Position numbers and translations under genes: made by a program
IMG/VR virus record: IMGVR_UViG_3300034069_000411
Reading direction: 5' to 3' (one strand)
From: a virus
DNA length: 64,000 nucleotides
The notes under the pieces: model-generated
What the model saw: only the letters and a program-made list of their open reading frames with translations
What the model was told of the DNA's origin: nothing
Databases searched by the model: none
Shown here: one piece after another, positions 43,641-53,146 of the stretch
Layout: each line of letters begins with the position of its first letter
Numbering within the stretch: the stretch's first letter is position 1

Positions 43641-43927
43641 AGCTTCCACCCCGCGGCGATCCGCGCAGCGCCCGCGGCGAACACGCGCTCGGCGTGGGGG
43701 TGATCCATTTCGCGGCCGAGGCTGTCGAAGCAGGTCTCGCCCGCCGGTACGTCGCAGATCGCGCAAACCGCGGCGTCTACCACCTCGCGGGGGGTGAGTT
43801 CCTCGCCCGCGTACTCCTCGGCGACTTTCCACCTGGACAGGCGATCGTTCCAGTCGGGATTGCGCCCGTGTTCGTTCGGGGTGCGCCGAATGCGGACGCC
43901 CGCCTTCGACCAGTCTATTTTTGCCAT
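43637..43927 (-). CDS. hypothetical protein (96 aa)
   Basis: Leader CCCCACCAAGGAGC upstream of the ATG. Confidence 0.5.
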   Translation of the reverse strand: MAKIDWSKAGVRIRRTPNEHGRNPDWNDRLSRWKVAEEYAGEELTPREVVDAAVCAICDVPAGETCFDSLGREMDHPHAERVFAAGAARIAAGWKL

Positions 43928-43991
43928 CTCTGTTTCGCTCCTTGGTGGGGCCGCCGCTCCGTATCGGAGTCGGCGGGTCAGCGTTACTCCG

Positions 43992-44963
43992 TCAGCGGCG
44001 ATACTGCCAGCGCCGCAGCGCGCGGGCCTTGCCCCGGAGGCGGCGATAGGCGCGCTTTGTCAGGTGCGGCCTGATCATCGCGAAGGCCCGGCTATTGAGC
44101 GAGCCCTGACCGGCGCGGATGGCGCGGAGCAGGGCGGGGTTCTGAAAGTGGGCCGTGATCGTACCCGACACGTCGAAACTACCCGACTCCGGTACCCGCG
44201 TAAGTCGGGAAGGCGGGAAGCCCTCCACACCGCGCGCGGCCTTTAGCAGCGCATCATCGATCCGCTTCGACAGGGCCGCACCCCGGCGGGCCGTTTCCCG
44301 GTGGAACGCCTCGGCGGGCACGGACTCGCGCAACATTTGCTCGGTGACCCCCATCACGTCGATCACTCGGCGGGTCATCGTATCCAGCACCTCGGCGATC
44401 TGACCACCCGACTGGCGCATCAGGGTCAGGGGCCGCTCAGTCTCCGGCATCCCGGGCCAGACGTAGTCGCCCCTGCAGTTGAACCGGCCAAGGTGGAACG
44501 GGGGCGGCTCCGGCGCGTCATCCCACCACGTCGAGGCGAACCCGAACGCGCCATGATCAGCGCGAACCCGGGGATCCAGCTTAGGCTCCCAGCGGACGTA
44601 GAGGTCCTCCCTCCTGTAATCCGCCCCGTCGACCGTCACGACATCGACATCCCTGCCGCTCGCTTTGATCAGGTCGGCGATCTCGCGGTGGCGGTCTGAC
44701 CCGCCGTTCAAGACGAGGACGCACCGGCCCTCGCTCAATCCTCCGGCGAGGTCCCAGCCCCTCACCATGTCGGGTCCGCTCTTGGTCTGTACCTCCTTGC
44801 GGGCGGCATCCATCGCCGCGATCGGATGCATCGGCACACACTCGTAGCAAGGCGCGCCGAACCGGCTTTCGCGGGCGTCCTTCTGGCACTGCGGGCAGGG
44901 CGTGTAGTGCGGGTCGTCGATCACCAGCCGGTCGCCGCGGTCCCTCTTACTGTCATCGGTCAT
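43992..44963 (-). CDS. hypothetical protein (323 aa)
   Basis: Start refined to the ATGA overlap. N-terminal CPQC...CYEC. Confidence 0.55.
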   Translation of the reverse strand: MTDDSKRDRGDRLVIDDPHYTPCPQCQKDARESRFGAPCYECVPMHPIAAMDAARKEVQTKSGPDMVRGWDLAGGLSEGRCVLVLNGGSDRHREIADLIKASGRDVDVVTVDGADYRREDLYVRWEPKLDPRVRADHGAFGFASTWWDDAPEPPPFHLGRFNCRGDYVWPGMPETERPLTLMRQSGGQIAEVLDTMTRRVIDVMGVTEQMLRESVPAEAFHRETARRGAALSKRIDDALLKAARGVEGFPPSRLTRVPESGSFDVSGTITAHFQNPALLRAIRAGQGSLNSRAFAMIRPHLTKRAYRRLRGKARALRRWQYRR

Positions 44964-45136
44964 CGTGGCCTCCTGTTGGGCGTTCCCCGCCATCCGTTTT
45001 CGTCTCGGCCCCAGACCTCACCTTCGGCGAGCGGCTGGATCTGACCCGCGCACTTCGGCCAGTCGCAGGCCGTACCGGGCGGGCACCGGAGGATGCTGTC
45101 GCTGCGGACGCACCCCCTGATCGTCTTGACGGTCAC
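44960..45136 (-). CDS. possible small Cys-rich ORF (58 aa)
   Basis: Hand-translated. GTGA and ATGA coupled at both ends. Below the track cutoff. Confidence 0.3.
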   Translation of the reverse strand: MTVKTIRGCVRSDSILRCPPGTACDWPKCAGQIQPLAEGEVWGRDENGWRGTPNRRPR

Positions 45137-45453
45137 TGCCGCACCGCCACGTCAGACGCATCGGCAATCGCCTGCGCCTCGGCCATCTTGTCGATCAGGA
45201 TCTCGACCAGCGTCATCGCGTCGGCATGCCGCAGGATGGTCGCGAGGCTGTCGGTGTCGGCGTGCTTGACCTGCAGGATCAGGCGGGGCTGGCCGGTCGG
45301 GAGGGTGACGACCCCTATCCCGATCGTCCCCAGCTGATCGGTGCGCGGTTTGTTCGATTGCACGCTGTGCTGCACCTCGCACCGGAAGCCCTCCAGTTCG
45401 GGGTGGCTAAAGAGGACCGTTGTGCCGTTGACGATCGTACCCTCGGCGCTCAT
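45133..45453 (-). CDS. hypothetical protein (106 aa)
   Basis: ATGA-coupled start. Confidence 0.45.
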   Translation of the reverse strand: MSAEGTIVNGTTVLFSHPELEGFRCEVQHSVQSNKPRTDQLGTIGIGVVTLPTGQPRLILQVKHADTDSLATILRHADAMTLVEILIDKMAEAQAIADASDVAVRQ

Positions 45454-45701
45454 GCGTTCAGCGCCCGGTCGAGCGCGTCGGTCACCAGCGCCACGGCATT
45501 GCGCGGCCTGTCCTGATGTCCGGCAAACTCGCGCCAGTCGACCTCGACGGCGTGGCGGAACACTCTCGGGGGCCGGCTGGCGTCGCGGCCCCTGACGATC
45601 ACGCCGTCCTCGGTCAGCACGATCTCGACGACGCGGTCGCTGTTCAGCACCGATGAGGCGGTGCGGGCGGCGCGCGCCGCGGCCTGCAGGGCGGCGATCA
45701 C
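45450..45701 (-). CDS. hypothetical protein (83 aa)
   Basis: ATGA-coupled. Confidence 0.45.
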   Translation of the reverse strand: MIAALQAAARAARTASSVLNSDRVVEIVLTEDGVIVRGRDASRPPRVFRHAVEVDWREFAGHQDRPRNAVALVTDALDRALNA

Positions 45702-46045
45702 TGATCCGCCTCCTCAATCCGCTTTAGCTCGCCGATCAGGGTCTCGGTCGGCCCGGCGGTGCGCTGGTCGGTGCCGCGCTCGATCTCGACCCTCTCACCG
45801 TAGCGCGCGACAGCTGCGTCTCGGATCTCGCGCCAGTTATCCGCGGTAGCCTCCATGGGGAAGTCGGGCAGCTGCGCCGGGATGACCTCGCGCGCCCTGT
45901 CCCCGGCGCGGCCCATCTCATGGGTCCATACCGGGTGACCGCAGACGGCCTCGGCCGCCTCCCCTACCCCGGCGAAGCCCTCGACCATGACGATCCCGGG
46001 CGTCAGGGTGGCGAGGGCGGCGGTGCTTACGGTGACTCGGGTCAT
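45698..46045 (-). CDS. hypothetical protein (115 aa)
   Basis: ATGA-coupled start. Confidence 0.45.
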   Translation of the reverse strand: MTRVTVSTAALATLTPGIVMVEGFAGVGEAAEAVCGHPVWTHEMGRAGDRAREVIPAQLPDFPMEATADNWREIRDAAVARYGERVEIERGTDQRTAGPTETLIGELKRIEEADQ

Positions 46046-46629
46046 GACTGGGGCTCCCATCCCTTGCGCTGTTCGTCCGTGGCGGCCCTGACCGGCATTC
46101 GCGGCCCGAGTTCGCGCAGGGCGTTCTTGAACTGGATCGACCCGACCTTCATCGGGTGTTCGTGACCGTCGCGCTCGCGGATCTCGACTATCGCGCCGTC
46201 GGGGAAGGGGCTGCTCTCCCATGCGACAAAGTCGGGGCGCGGATTGGGAGGCGGCGATACCGAACCGATAACATCAGCGAACGCCACGATGCGCCATGCG
46301 TCCTCGTCGCCCTCATGGGCGAGTTCCGCATCCTCCCGCCGGGCATAGCGCGTCGCCTCCTCGCGTACTTCGGTCCAGTCAGGCGACCCGCCGCTGAAAG
46401 TGCGCCACCGGGTGCCCATCCCGTTACCGACGATCCAGCCCGCGTCGGTAGCCGCCAGCGCCCGGTTGATGATCTCGGCGAACAGGGGGGCGTGCATCCC
46501 GACGAGGACGCCGGTCAGCGGGTCGTTCTTGGATCGAAGGACGCCGGGCATGTTGTGAGGGTCGACGTGCACGCCGCCCCAGTCACGGCGCAACTGGGCC
46601 AGCCCGAACGCATAGGTTTTCTCGTCCAT
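46042..46629 (-). CDS. hypothetical protein (195 aa)
   Basis: Coupled ORF. Confidence 0.55.
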   Translation of the reverse strand: MDEKTYAFGLAQLRRDWGGVHVDPHNMPGVLRSKNDPLTGVLVGMHAPLFAEIINRALAATDAGWIVGNGMGTRWRTFSGGSPDWTEVREEATRYARREDAELAHEGDEDAWRIVAFADVIGSVSPPPNPRPDFVAWESSPFPDGAIVEIRERDGHEHPMKVGSIQFKNALRELGPRMPVRAATDEQRKGWEPQS

Positions 46630-46925
46630 CAGTTCCTCCTCAATGACGGGGTAGCGTTGATCGCGGCCCGGCCGCTGTCGAGGCGCTTGGCGTCCTCGAC
46701 GCTGTTGCGCATCAGGATGATCAGGGCCTCGACCTCGTCGTGATCGATGATGTCGATGACCGCCTTCCCGTCAGGCCCCGGGTTGGAGTGAACGAGCGCG
46801 GTGAAGTGCCCCTCGGGCAGCGACACGGTATGCACCGCGCATTCGGTCATCGTCAGGCACCGCTTGACGATGCCGTTGTGGGTCGGGGCCTCCATGGAGG
46901 GGGCCACGGTGCGGGCGCGGGGCAT
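46629..46925 (-). CDS. hypothetical protein (98 aa)
   Basis: TGATG-type 1-nt overlap with the upstream stop. Confidence 0.45.
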   Translation of the reverse strand: MPRARTVAPSMEAPTHNGIVKRCLTMTECAVHTVSLPEGHFTALVHSNPGPDGKAVIDIIDHDEVEALIILMRNSVEDAKRLDSGRAAINATPSLRRN

Positions 46926-47914
46926 CAGCCCAGCACCCCGCCCAGACCCACGAAGGCGTCGCGCGCCTCGCGGTAGTCGGCGACGGTCAGGCGCACCTTC
47001 ATCCACTCGTCGCCCTCCTCGTCATCCCTGATCTGGGCGGCGGCCTTGGCGAACGGCTCCAGCGCCTCGCGCACCTGATCGACGTCAACCCCGCCGATGA
47101 ACGTGTCGTCGGCCGACAGATGGGTGATCACCTCATCCAGCGCCTGCCGGCTGACGGTCACCCGCTCGCCGCCCTCGTCGGCCTGCTGCTGGTGATCGCG
47201 CAGGTTGGTGATCGCGCCGAGGATCGGGGTCACGTCGAAGTGGGTCACGCCCCGATCGAACGCGGCCGACATAGCCCGGATCGCGGTCATGCGGTCGACG
47301 GCCAGCACGCCGATCGCACCCGCGGTCTCGTCGAGCAGGCCGCCCATGCTCGATTCCCGGCACTTCGCTACCGGGGCGACCATAGCGGGATCGGGCGCGG
47401 TGGGGTCAGGGGCCGAGCGGGTGAGGGGGCCGCCTGGGCGAAGGCTGACATAGGGCGGGACGGTCGGGGTTGGCTGGAAGCCCCAGTCGCGCAACAGGCG
47501 GGTCACCGTCGGCAGGGCGTCAGGCCAAACCATCGGCTTACCGAGGGGCCCGTGGCGGCGATCGTCGCCGTCGATGTACGTCCGCATCCACGTCATCGCC
47601 TGTGGCGTCTCGGGGATGACGAGGCCGCCGAGGATCAGGGTGCGAAAGATCCGCGCCACCAGCTTGGTCAGGACAAGCTCATCGCTGAATTGGCGGGCGT
47701 CGGCGAGGACCTGGTTGACCGGGGGAACGCCGGGGACGATCCAGCCGCCCTCGAGCAATTCGTACATCACGGCGCGGTTCTGGAAGTGGGTCAGGTGCTG
47801 CTCGGGGGGGCGGCTCTCACCCAGCACGACGCCGGGGTCCCGGATGGCGCGCAGGAGCAGGGCGGACAGATCAGCCCGCTGGGTCTCAGGCTCGGGCGTC
47901 GGGGTGTCAGACAT
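46925..47914 (-). CDS. hypothetical protein (329 aa)
   Basis: Leader CTCCCACCAAGGAAC upstream. Confidence 0.55.
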   Translation of the reverse strand: MSDTPTPEPETQRADLSALLLRAIRDPGVVLGESRPPEQHLTHFQNRAVMYELLEGGWIVPGVPPVNQVLADARQFSDELVLTKLVARIFRTLILGGLVIPETPQAMTWMRTYIDGDDRRHGPLGKPMVWPDALPTVTRLLRDWGFQPTPTVPPYVSLRPGGPLTRSAPDPTAPDPAMVAPVAKCRESSMGGLLDETAGAIGVLAVDRMTAIRAMSAAFDRGVTHFDVTPILGAITNLRDHQQQADEGGERVTVSRQALDEVITHLSADDTFIGGVDVDQVREALEPFAKAAAQIRDDEEGDEWMKVRLTVADYREARDAFVGLGGVLG

Positions 47915-47949
47915 GGTTTGTTCCTTGGTGGGAGGTAGGTGGGTCGGGG

Positions 47950-48132
47950 TCAGCCGCGCGCGGTCTTGGACCAGTTCGCGATGTCCCGCTCCTGACGGAC
48001 GCGGGTGAGGGTGGCGCGCATCTGGCGGTGACGGCGGCGCAGGTGGATCAGGCTTGCGGCCAGACCGAGGCAGGTCAGGGCAAGGGCCATCAGCGTGACG
48101 GAAACGGCAAACGCGGTCGGTGCTTCAAACAT
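47950..48132 (-). CDS. small single-pass membrane protein (60 aa)
   Basis: Start refined (MFEAPTAF...). TM segment plus a basic tail. Leader CCCCCACCAAGGAGAC. Confidence 0.4.
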   Translation of the reverse strand: MFEAPTAFAVSVTLMALALTCLGLAASLIHLRRRHRQMRATLTRVRQERDIANWSKTARG

Positions 48133-48274
48133 CGGTGGTCTCCTTGGTGGGGGTGGCACGGCGGGCGCGCATGTTGCGGACCCTGATCCGGGAGAGGACC
48201 CGAGACCGGAGGCGTCGCCCCTCGGTCATCAGTTCCTCGGCCCGGGCCAGATCGATTGAGTCGCTTTCCGTCAT
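48125..48274 (-). CDS. possible small ORF (49 aa)
   Basis: Hand-translated MTESDSIDLARAEEL.... Overlaps the next start. Confidence 0.25.
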   Translation of the reverse strand: MTESDSIDLARAEELMTEGRRLRSRVLSRIRVRNMRARRATPTKETTDV

Positions 48275-48318
48275 GTTACGCCGCCCATAGGCACCGTAAC
48301 GTAACGCAGCAAGGGGCG

Positions 48319-49413
48319 TTACGCGCCGTCATGGGTCTGGCGCAGGGCCTCTACGACCTCGGGATCGAACCCGCCCGGCGGGAACAGACGGGCCTCGACG
48401 CGCTTGCCAGACAAGCGGGCCTCGGTGATCCCCGGGATCAGCCCCCCGGCCACCGCCGCCTCGATGGTGCGGACCGTAGCGGCTGGGTCGGCGTCCTGGT
48501 CGTCATCCGGGCGGGTGCCGGCGTTGACCATCGCCACCTCGCGCGGGATCGGGCCGTCGACGTCGTAGGACGGGGCGGTGCGGCGGGCATACGGGCCGGG
48601 CAAACCCGCGGCCCGCGCTGCCGCCTCACCGGCCGCGCCGGGCTCGACCACACCGACATAGTCGACGCCCTCATGCCTGACCGTCACACGATCGCCCGGC
48701 TCGGGCCAGCCCGGGTGGGAGTCACGCGGGGGAAACATGCCGTCGAGCGCCTCGCGCAGATCTTCATACGATCCGAGCCATTCCTCGAACTCGCCGCCAA
48801 CCAGCAAGGACGCCCAAGGCGCGACATCCCCATTGCGGTGAAGGCCGTACACCCCGTCGCTATCGCTGATCAGCGCGTCCAGGTCTTGACAGAGCGACAG
48901 GGCCAGCAGGGCGATCTTGTCGCGCGGCACGGCGTCATGCAGCAGATAATCCTCAAACCGCTTGGCGATCTCGGCGTTGCGCTCGGCCTTGTTCGTGCTG
49001 TCGAAAGCGTCGTCGCTTAGGTTCTCGCGGCGGTTAGGCTCGGCGAAGGCGGCGGCGTGGCGAAAGCCCTCGGCCTTGGCGCGGTGGCTCTTCTCGTACT
49101 CGCGGAACCGGCGCGCGCCCTCCGAAAGCAGCAGCACCGCGCCGAACAGCGTCGGGGCCGTTGCCTCGACCTGATGTGCCCGACCGGCTGCGAACGCCGC
49201 CAACACGATGTCGCGCCCGAACTGATGATGCTCGGTGGTCTCCCCGATCAGGCCGTGGCCATCCCGCGGGTTGTACCCCGCCAGCCAGTCCAGCGCGATC
49301 CGGTCGGCCTCGGGCGAGCGCGCGCACGCGTGGTTCTGGCTCATGGGATCGAGCGAGTCAGCGTCTGGCCCCGTTTTCGGGCCCGCATCGGCTCCGTTGT
49401 TATCCTGTATCAT
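48319..49413 (-). CDS. hypothetical protein (364 aa)
   Basis: ATGA-coupled to the upstream gene. Confidence 0.55.
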   Translation of the reverse strand: MIQDNNGADAGPKTGPDADSLDPMSQNHACARSPEADRIALDWLAGYNPRDGHGLIGETTEHHQFGRDIVLAAFAAGRAHQVEATAPTLFGAVLLLSEGARRFREYEKSHRAKAEGFRHAAAFAEPNRRENLSDDAFDSTNKAERNAEIAKRFEDYLLHDAVPRDKIALLALSLCQDLDALISDSDGVYGLHRNGDVAPWASLLVGGEFEEWLGSYEDLREALDGMFPPRDSHPGWPEPGDRVTVRHEGVDYVGVVEPGAAGEAAARAAGLPGPYARRTAPSYDVDGPIPREVAMVNAGTRPDDDQDADPAATVRTIEAAVAGGLIPGITEARLSGKRVEARLFPPGGFDPEVVEALRQTHDGA

Positions 49414-49955
49414 GTTCGGTTCCCTCTCTGTGTGGTGTCTGTGGTGTGGGTAGCGTCAAGCGCCCGCCGGGCTGCGTCACCTGCGGAGGTGGTGCCCCTG
49501 CTATCGGGCTTCCCCCTATCCGGGGGCCTGTCCTCATCGCGTGACTGGTAGGCGAGGGCGGGTGTACCTCCCCGGGCTGCGCTGGCGATGAGGCTGTTGA
49601 TGCGGGACAGCCTCCACTTACGCCGGGCGAGTTCGCCGCAGAGCGCGCGCAGTTCAGCGACAGTGGGGAAGAACGTGCGGGTCTTGATCGCGGTCTTGTA
49701 GGCGTCGGTCAGGATGTCGATCGGGATGTCGTCGAGGCCCTCGGTGTACTGCTCGATACGGACATCGGCCTCGTCGTCGCTTAACTTCTGCTGGGGAAAG
49801 GCGATGGCGAGTTTGCCGACCATCGTGACGATCCGGTGCGGGGGCGCGGGCTCGAGGCTTTCGGTGATCAGGGCCGCGGCGTGGCGCAGCGCGGGCAGCT
49901 GATCGGCGGGGACGACGGTAGTGAGCGAGGGATAGGCCCTGGCATCATCGATCAT
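49410..49955 (-). CDS. possible helicase-loader-like protein (G39P-like N-terminus, 181 aa)
   Basis: RIEQYTEGLDDIP...FFPTVAELRALC resembles the loader motif. Follows the initiator gene. Confidence 0.4.
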   Translation of the reverse strand: MIDDARAYPSLTTVVPADQLPALRHAAALITESLEPAPPHRIVTMVGKLAIAFPQQKLSDDEADVRIEQYTEGLDDIPIDILTDAYKTAIKTRTFFPTVAELRALCGELARRKWRLSRINSLIASAARGGTPALAYQSRDEDRPPDRGKPDSRGTTSAGDAARRALDATHTTDTTQRGNRT

Positions 49956-50754
49956 CGCGAGCAGCTTGGGATCGCAGGGCTGCGCGAACGAGAGGGCTGA
50001 CGTGGGTTTCTGAACGACGAGATTTGTCACGGGGGGCTGCCTTCTGCGCGGCGAGTTTCGCCATGGTGGGGTTGAAGTATCGGAGGCTGTGTCGAGGCGG
50101 GCCCTCTCCGCGGGCATCGGCTTCGAGAGCGGGTATGATCTCGGTGTCGGGATCTAGACCGAGGTCGACCCATCCCCTGACGATCGCGAGGACGTCGGCG
50201 AACCCCTTGGTGTCGGGAAAGACGATCACCCCGGCTGCCTGCGCACACCGGTTCGTCAGCTTGCCGATGGGGCCGAACGGATCGACGGGCTCGGGCTTCA
50301 CGGGCCCGCCCGCGACTCCGTCTAATTTATTCCCTTGATTCCCTTCTTTATCGTTTGCGGTGCCGCCGCGGCGATCCTGCGGTGCTGCTGCGGCGGCCGG
50401 TGCGGTGCCATACTCCGGGCGGGCCTGATATTTGTCGTAATTACAGATACTTATGACGGTCTGTCCTGCGGCGGTAGCTGCGTCGATTATTTCCGCCTTC
50501 TGTAACGATGCGATAAACCGCCGCACCTTCGATTCCTCCCATTTCCACGCCTTCGCCATGAAGCGGTAGCTGTGACCCAGCTGGCCGCGGTCGAGCGTGA
50601 CCTCCCCGCTGGGCATGGCGACGCGGCGCTGCAGATAGGCCGCCTCCTCTATCATCCAGACGAAGGCGTCGCGTTTCGAGAAGGCCTCGCCGCGGAATAC
50701 GGGGTGATCCTGCCAACCCCTGTGCATCAGATAGAAACCGTCCTCGCCTGCCAC
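49945..50754 (-). CDS. replication initiator-like protein (269 aa)
   Basis: N-terminal winged-helix-like WQDHPVF...FSKRDAFVWMIEEA. AT-rich linker-coding patch. Confidence 0.5.
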   Translation of the reverse strand: MAGEDGFYLMHRGWQDHPVFRGEAFSKRDAFVWMIEEAAYLQRRVAMPSGEVTLDRGQLGHSYRFMAKAWKWEESKVRRFIASLQKAEIIDAATAAGQTVISICNYDKYQARPEYGTAPAAAAAPQDRRGGTANDKEGNQGNKLDGVAGGPVKPEPVDPFGPIGKLTNRCAQAAGVIVFPDTKGFADVLAIVRGWVDLGLDPDTEIIPALEADARGEGPPRHSLRYFNPTMAKLAAQKAAPRDKSRRSETHVSPLVRAALRSQAARDDR

Positions 50755-50756
50755 GG

Positions 50757-51428
50757 TCAGCGCCTCCCGTCGCGCAGCAACGCGGCGTCGATCAGGGCGC
50801 GGGTCTTGGCGTCGTACTTCGGTTTGCGAACCGACTTAGTCGGGTTCGATACGGGGGCCACTGTGCCCTTGAGGGGTTTTGACACGGGCTCGGAGACCTT
50901 GCGCTTGGCGGGCGGCGCTAGGACCGCGTCCCAGCCCTCGGTCTCGATACGCTTCTCGAGCCGGCGCTGTCCGGGGGTGATCTCGTCGGGCCGCTGCGGC
51001 AGGGCCTCGACGGTGATCTCGGTGCGTTGCGGGTAGCCGTAGCGTTTGGCGCTGTTCGGGTAGCCGACGACCTGATTGTCATCGACGTAGGCGATGCCCT
51101 TGAGCGCGTCCTTTGCCTGTTTGACGATCTGGTCGAGGTCGGGGTCGGCTACGTGCATGACGCGCGCCTGCTTCGCCGCGGCGATGAGGGCCTTGGGCCA
51201 GCTAGGCGGAATCTCAAAGATCCCGATGACCCTGACGAGGACGGGACCGGTGAACGGACGCTGCGACCCGAAAGCCTGCTTGGCCGCCCACGCGATCCTC
51301 TCCTTGCCGGCTTCGGCCTCGGGATCCGTGAAGCGCATGGCGCGCCCGGTGCGGGGGTCGATCCCCTGCCCCGGACGCTGCCAGCGCGACGGCTTCCCGT
51401 CGACCGTGATAGCGACACGCGTCTTCAC
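50757..51428 (-). CDS. rusA: RusA-family Holliday junction resolvase with basic C-terminal extension (223 aa)
   Basis: ADPDLDQIVKQAKDALKGIAYVDDNQV matches the RusA catalytic core. Confidence 0.8.
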   Translation of the reverse strand: MKTRVAITVDGKPSRWQRPGQGIDPRTGRAMRFTDPEAEAGKERIAWAAKQAFGSQRPFTGPVLVRVIGIFEIPPSWPKALIAAAKQARVMHVADPDLDQIVKQAKDALKGIAYVDDNQVVGYPNSAKRYGYPQRTEITVEALPQRPDEITPGQRRLEKRIETEGWDAVLAPPAKRKVSEPVSKPLKGTVAPVSNPTKSVRKPKYDAKTRALIDAALLRDGRR

Positions 51429-51670
51429 GCCAGTCGGCGCTCAACCAGCTGCTGCCAGTCGCCGACGGTCTCGCACGCCTCGACCTCGTCATCGGTGAGG
51501 CGAAGGCTGAACGCCTGCTCAACCGCCATGGTGATGTCGACCCCGTCGAGGACGTCACCGCCCAAGGAGTCGGTGATCGTGGCCTCGGGTACAGCGGTGT
51601 CGGCGTCGACCCCGAGGATGTCTATGATGATCAGGCGCACCTGCTCATTGTTGGCTACGGTATCGGGCAT
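51425..51670 (-). CDS. acyl-carrier-protein-like protein (81 aa)
   Basis: Gap-free alignment to E. coli AcpP over ~70 aa, LGGDVLDGVDITMAVEQAF vs [19 protein letters not shown]. Confidence 0.6.
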   Translation of the reverse strand: MPDTVANNEQVRLIIIDILGVDADTAVPEATITDSLGGDVLDGVDITMAVEQAFSLRLTDDEVEACETVGDWQQLVERRLA

Positions 51671-51723
51671 TGGATCCTCCGTGGTGGGGTAGCGGCGGCC
51701 GGGTCAGCCGCCGCCGGGTCTTA

Positions 51724-52425
51724 TCAGTCCGGGTCGTCACCCCCTGCCTCGAACCCCATGCCGTGCTGGTCAGGGTCGGTCACGGCCTCACGCGCGTTGC
51801 CGCTGTAGTCGTCGACGCTCGCGATCGTCAGCATGACGTGCTTGCCCCGGGCGCTATGCAGCAGGGCGACAGCGCGGTCCTCCTCGTCCTCGGCGAACGT
51901 CTTGACCTTGCCAGCGATCACGATGTCATCGCCCAGGGTGACTTTGGTGAGCAGGACCCGGATCGGCTCCTTGCCGTCGGCGGCGATGGCCTCGATGATC
52001 TTGCGGACGAGTTCGCGGCCGGCATGCTCGCAGGCGGCGACGACGTCGCGCTGTTCGGCGTTTGACGTCCCCGACCAAGGTTTCGGCCGGGCCTTGATCT
52101 GATCGACCAAGAAGTCGCGGACGTCGTAGACCAGCGACTTATCATCCAGCACGGCTTCGGCCGCCATGTTCTCCATCCGGACGATCGAGGCGTTATGGGC
52201 CCCCTCGCTCAAGTCGTGACCGTCGGTACCGGCCCCGGGCTGGGCGTCGATCGCGGAGCCAAGCCCGGCGAGCGCGCCCTTGACGTCCGAGTCCGGCTCG
52301 GCGGTACCGAGGTGAGTCTTGGCGGCGGCGGTGGCCGCGGCCTTCTTCGGGGTCTTATTCCGGGCCGCCTTCGCGTCCTCGTTCAGTAGCCGCGCCGTGG
52401 CGTCGAGCGGATCTTCAGTTGCCAT
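51724..52425 (-). CDS. hypothetical protein (233 aa)
   Basis: ORF on the operon strand. Leader TCATCACGGAGAAG. Confidence 0.55.
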   Translation of the reverse strand: MATEDPLDATARLLNEDAKAARNKTPKKAAATAAAKTHLGTAEPDSDVKGALAGLGSAIDAQPGAGTDGHDLSEGAHNASIVRMENMAAEAVLDDKSLVYDVRDFLVDQIKARPKPWSGTSNAEQRDVVAACEHAGRELVRKIIEAIAADGKEPIRVLLTKVTLGDDIVIAGKVKTFAEDEEDRAVALLHSARGKHVMLTIASVDDYSGNAREAVTDPDQHGMGFEAGGDDPD

Positions 52426-53146
52426 GTTCTTCTCCGTGATGACCGGGCCGTTGCGGCGCGGTTGGGTACTGACCCGGCGGGAGCCAGATCAATTCGGTGC
52501 GATGACGGTGCGGCCGGGTGAAGATGACGGCGCAATAATCCGCCATCCCCCCCTCATAGGGCCTCTCCATCTGATCGATTAGGTGACCCGGGGGCATGGT
52601 GTGCCGCTCCCGGTAGATACAGACCTGCGACGGCTTCCAGCGCATCAGGCGGCCCCGGCCCCACCGCTCCTGTGAGGCGAGGAACGCGATCGGCAAGATG
52701 AACGCGGCGCGGCGGACCGGGAAGGTCTCGACGATCCGGGTGATGATCTTCTCCGCGATCTCGGGCTCGTAGCTGTACGGCGGGTTGCAGATGATTGAGG
52801 TCGCGCGTCCCTCCAGCACCGGCATCTTGGACACGCTTTTCAGGATGTTCCCGACCCGGAACGGGTGGCGGGGATGCCGGTCGACGACGTCTGACCCGAA
52901 GGTCTTGTGGCCGTACCGTTTGGCGACGTCGAGGACGTTACCGCCGCCGCAACACGGATCCCAGATCAGGTCATTGCCGAAGCTGACGCCCGCCGCGGCG
53001 AGGCCGTGGAACAGCTGCTCGACCGCGCGAGGGCTCTCCCGGTACCAATCATACGGGGAGCGTTCCCACTTCTTGGAACGGTCGCCGCCTGCAGGACGGT
53101 TGCTCAAGAGCGCACCGGCGCGGATCTGGTTGGGGTGTGGCCGCAC
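52415..53146 (-). CDS. N6-adenine DNA methyltransferase (243 aa)
   Basis: Motif I IWDPCCGGGN, motif IV IICNPPYS. GTG start 1 nt after the upstream stop. Confidence 0.8.
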   Translation of the reverse strand: MRPHPNQIRAGALLSNRPAGGDRSKKWERSPYDWYRESPRAVEQLFHGLAAAGVSFGNDLIWDPCCGGGNVLDVAKRYGHKTFGSDVVDRHPRHPFRVGNILKSVSKMPVLEGRATSIICNPPYSYEPEIAEKIITRIVETFPVRRAAFILPIAFLASQERWGRGRLMRWKPSQVCIYRERHTMPPGHLIDQMERPYEGGMADYCAVIFTRPHRHRTELIWLPPGQYPTAPQRPGHHGEEHGN

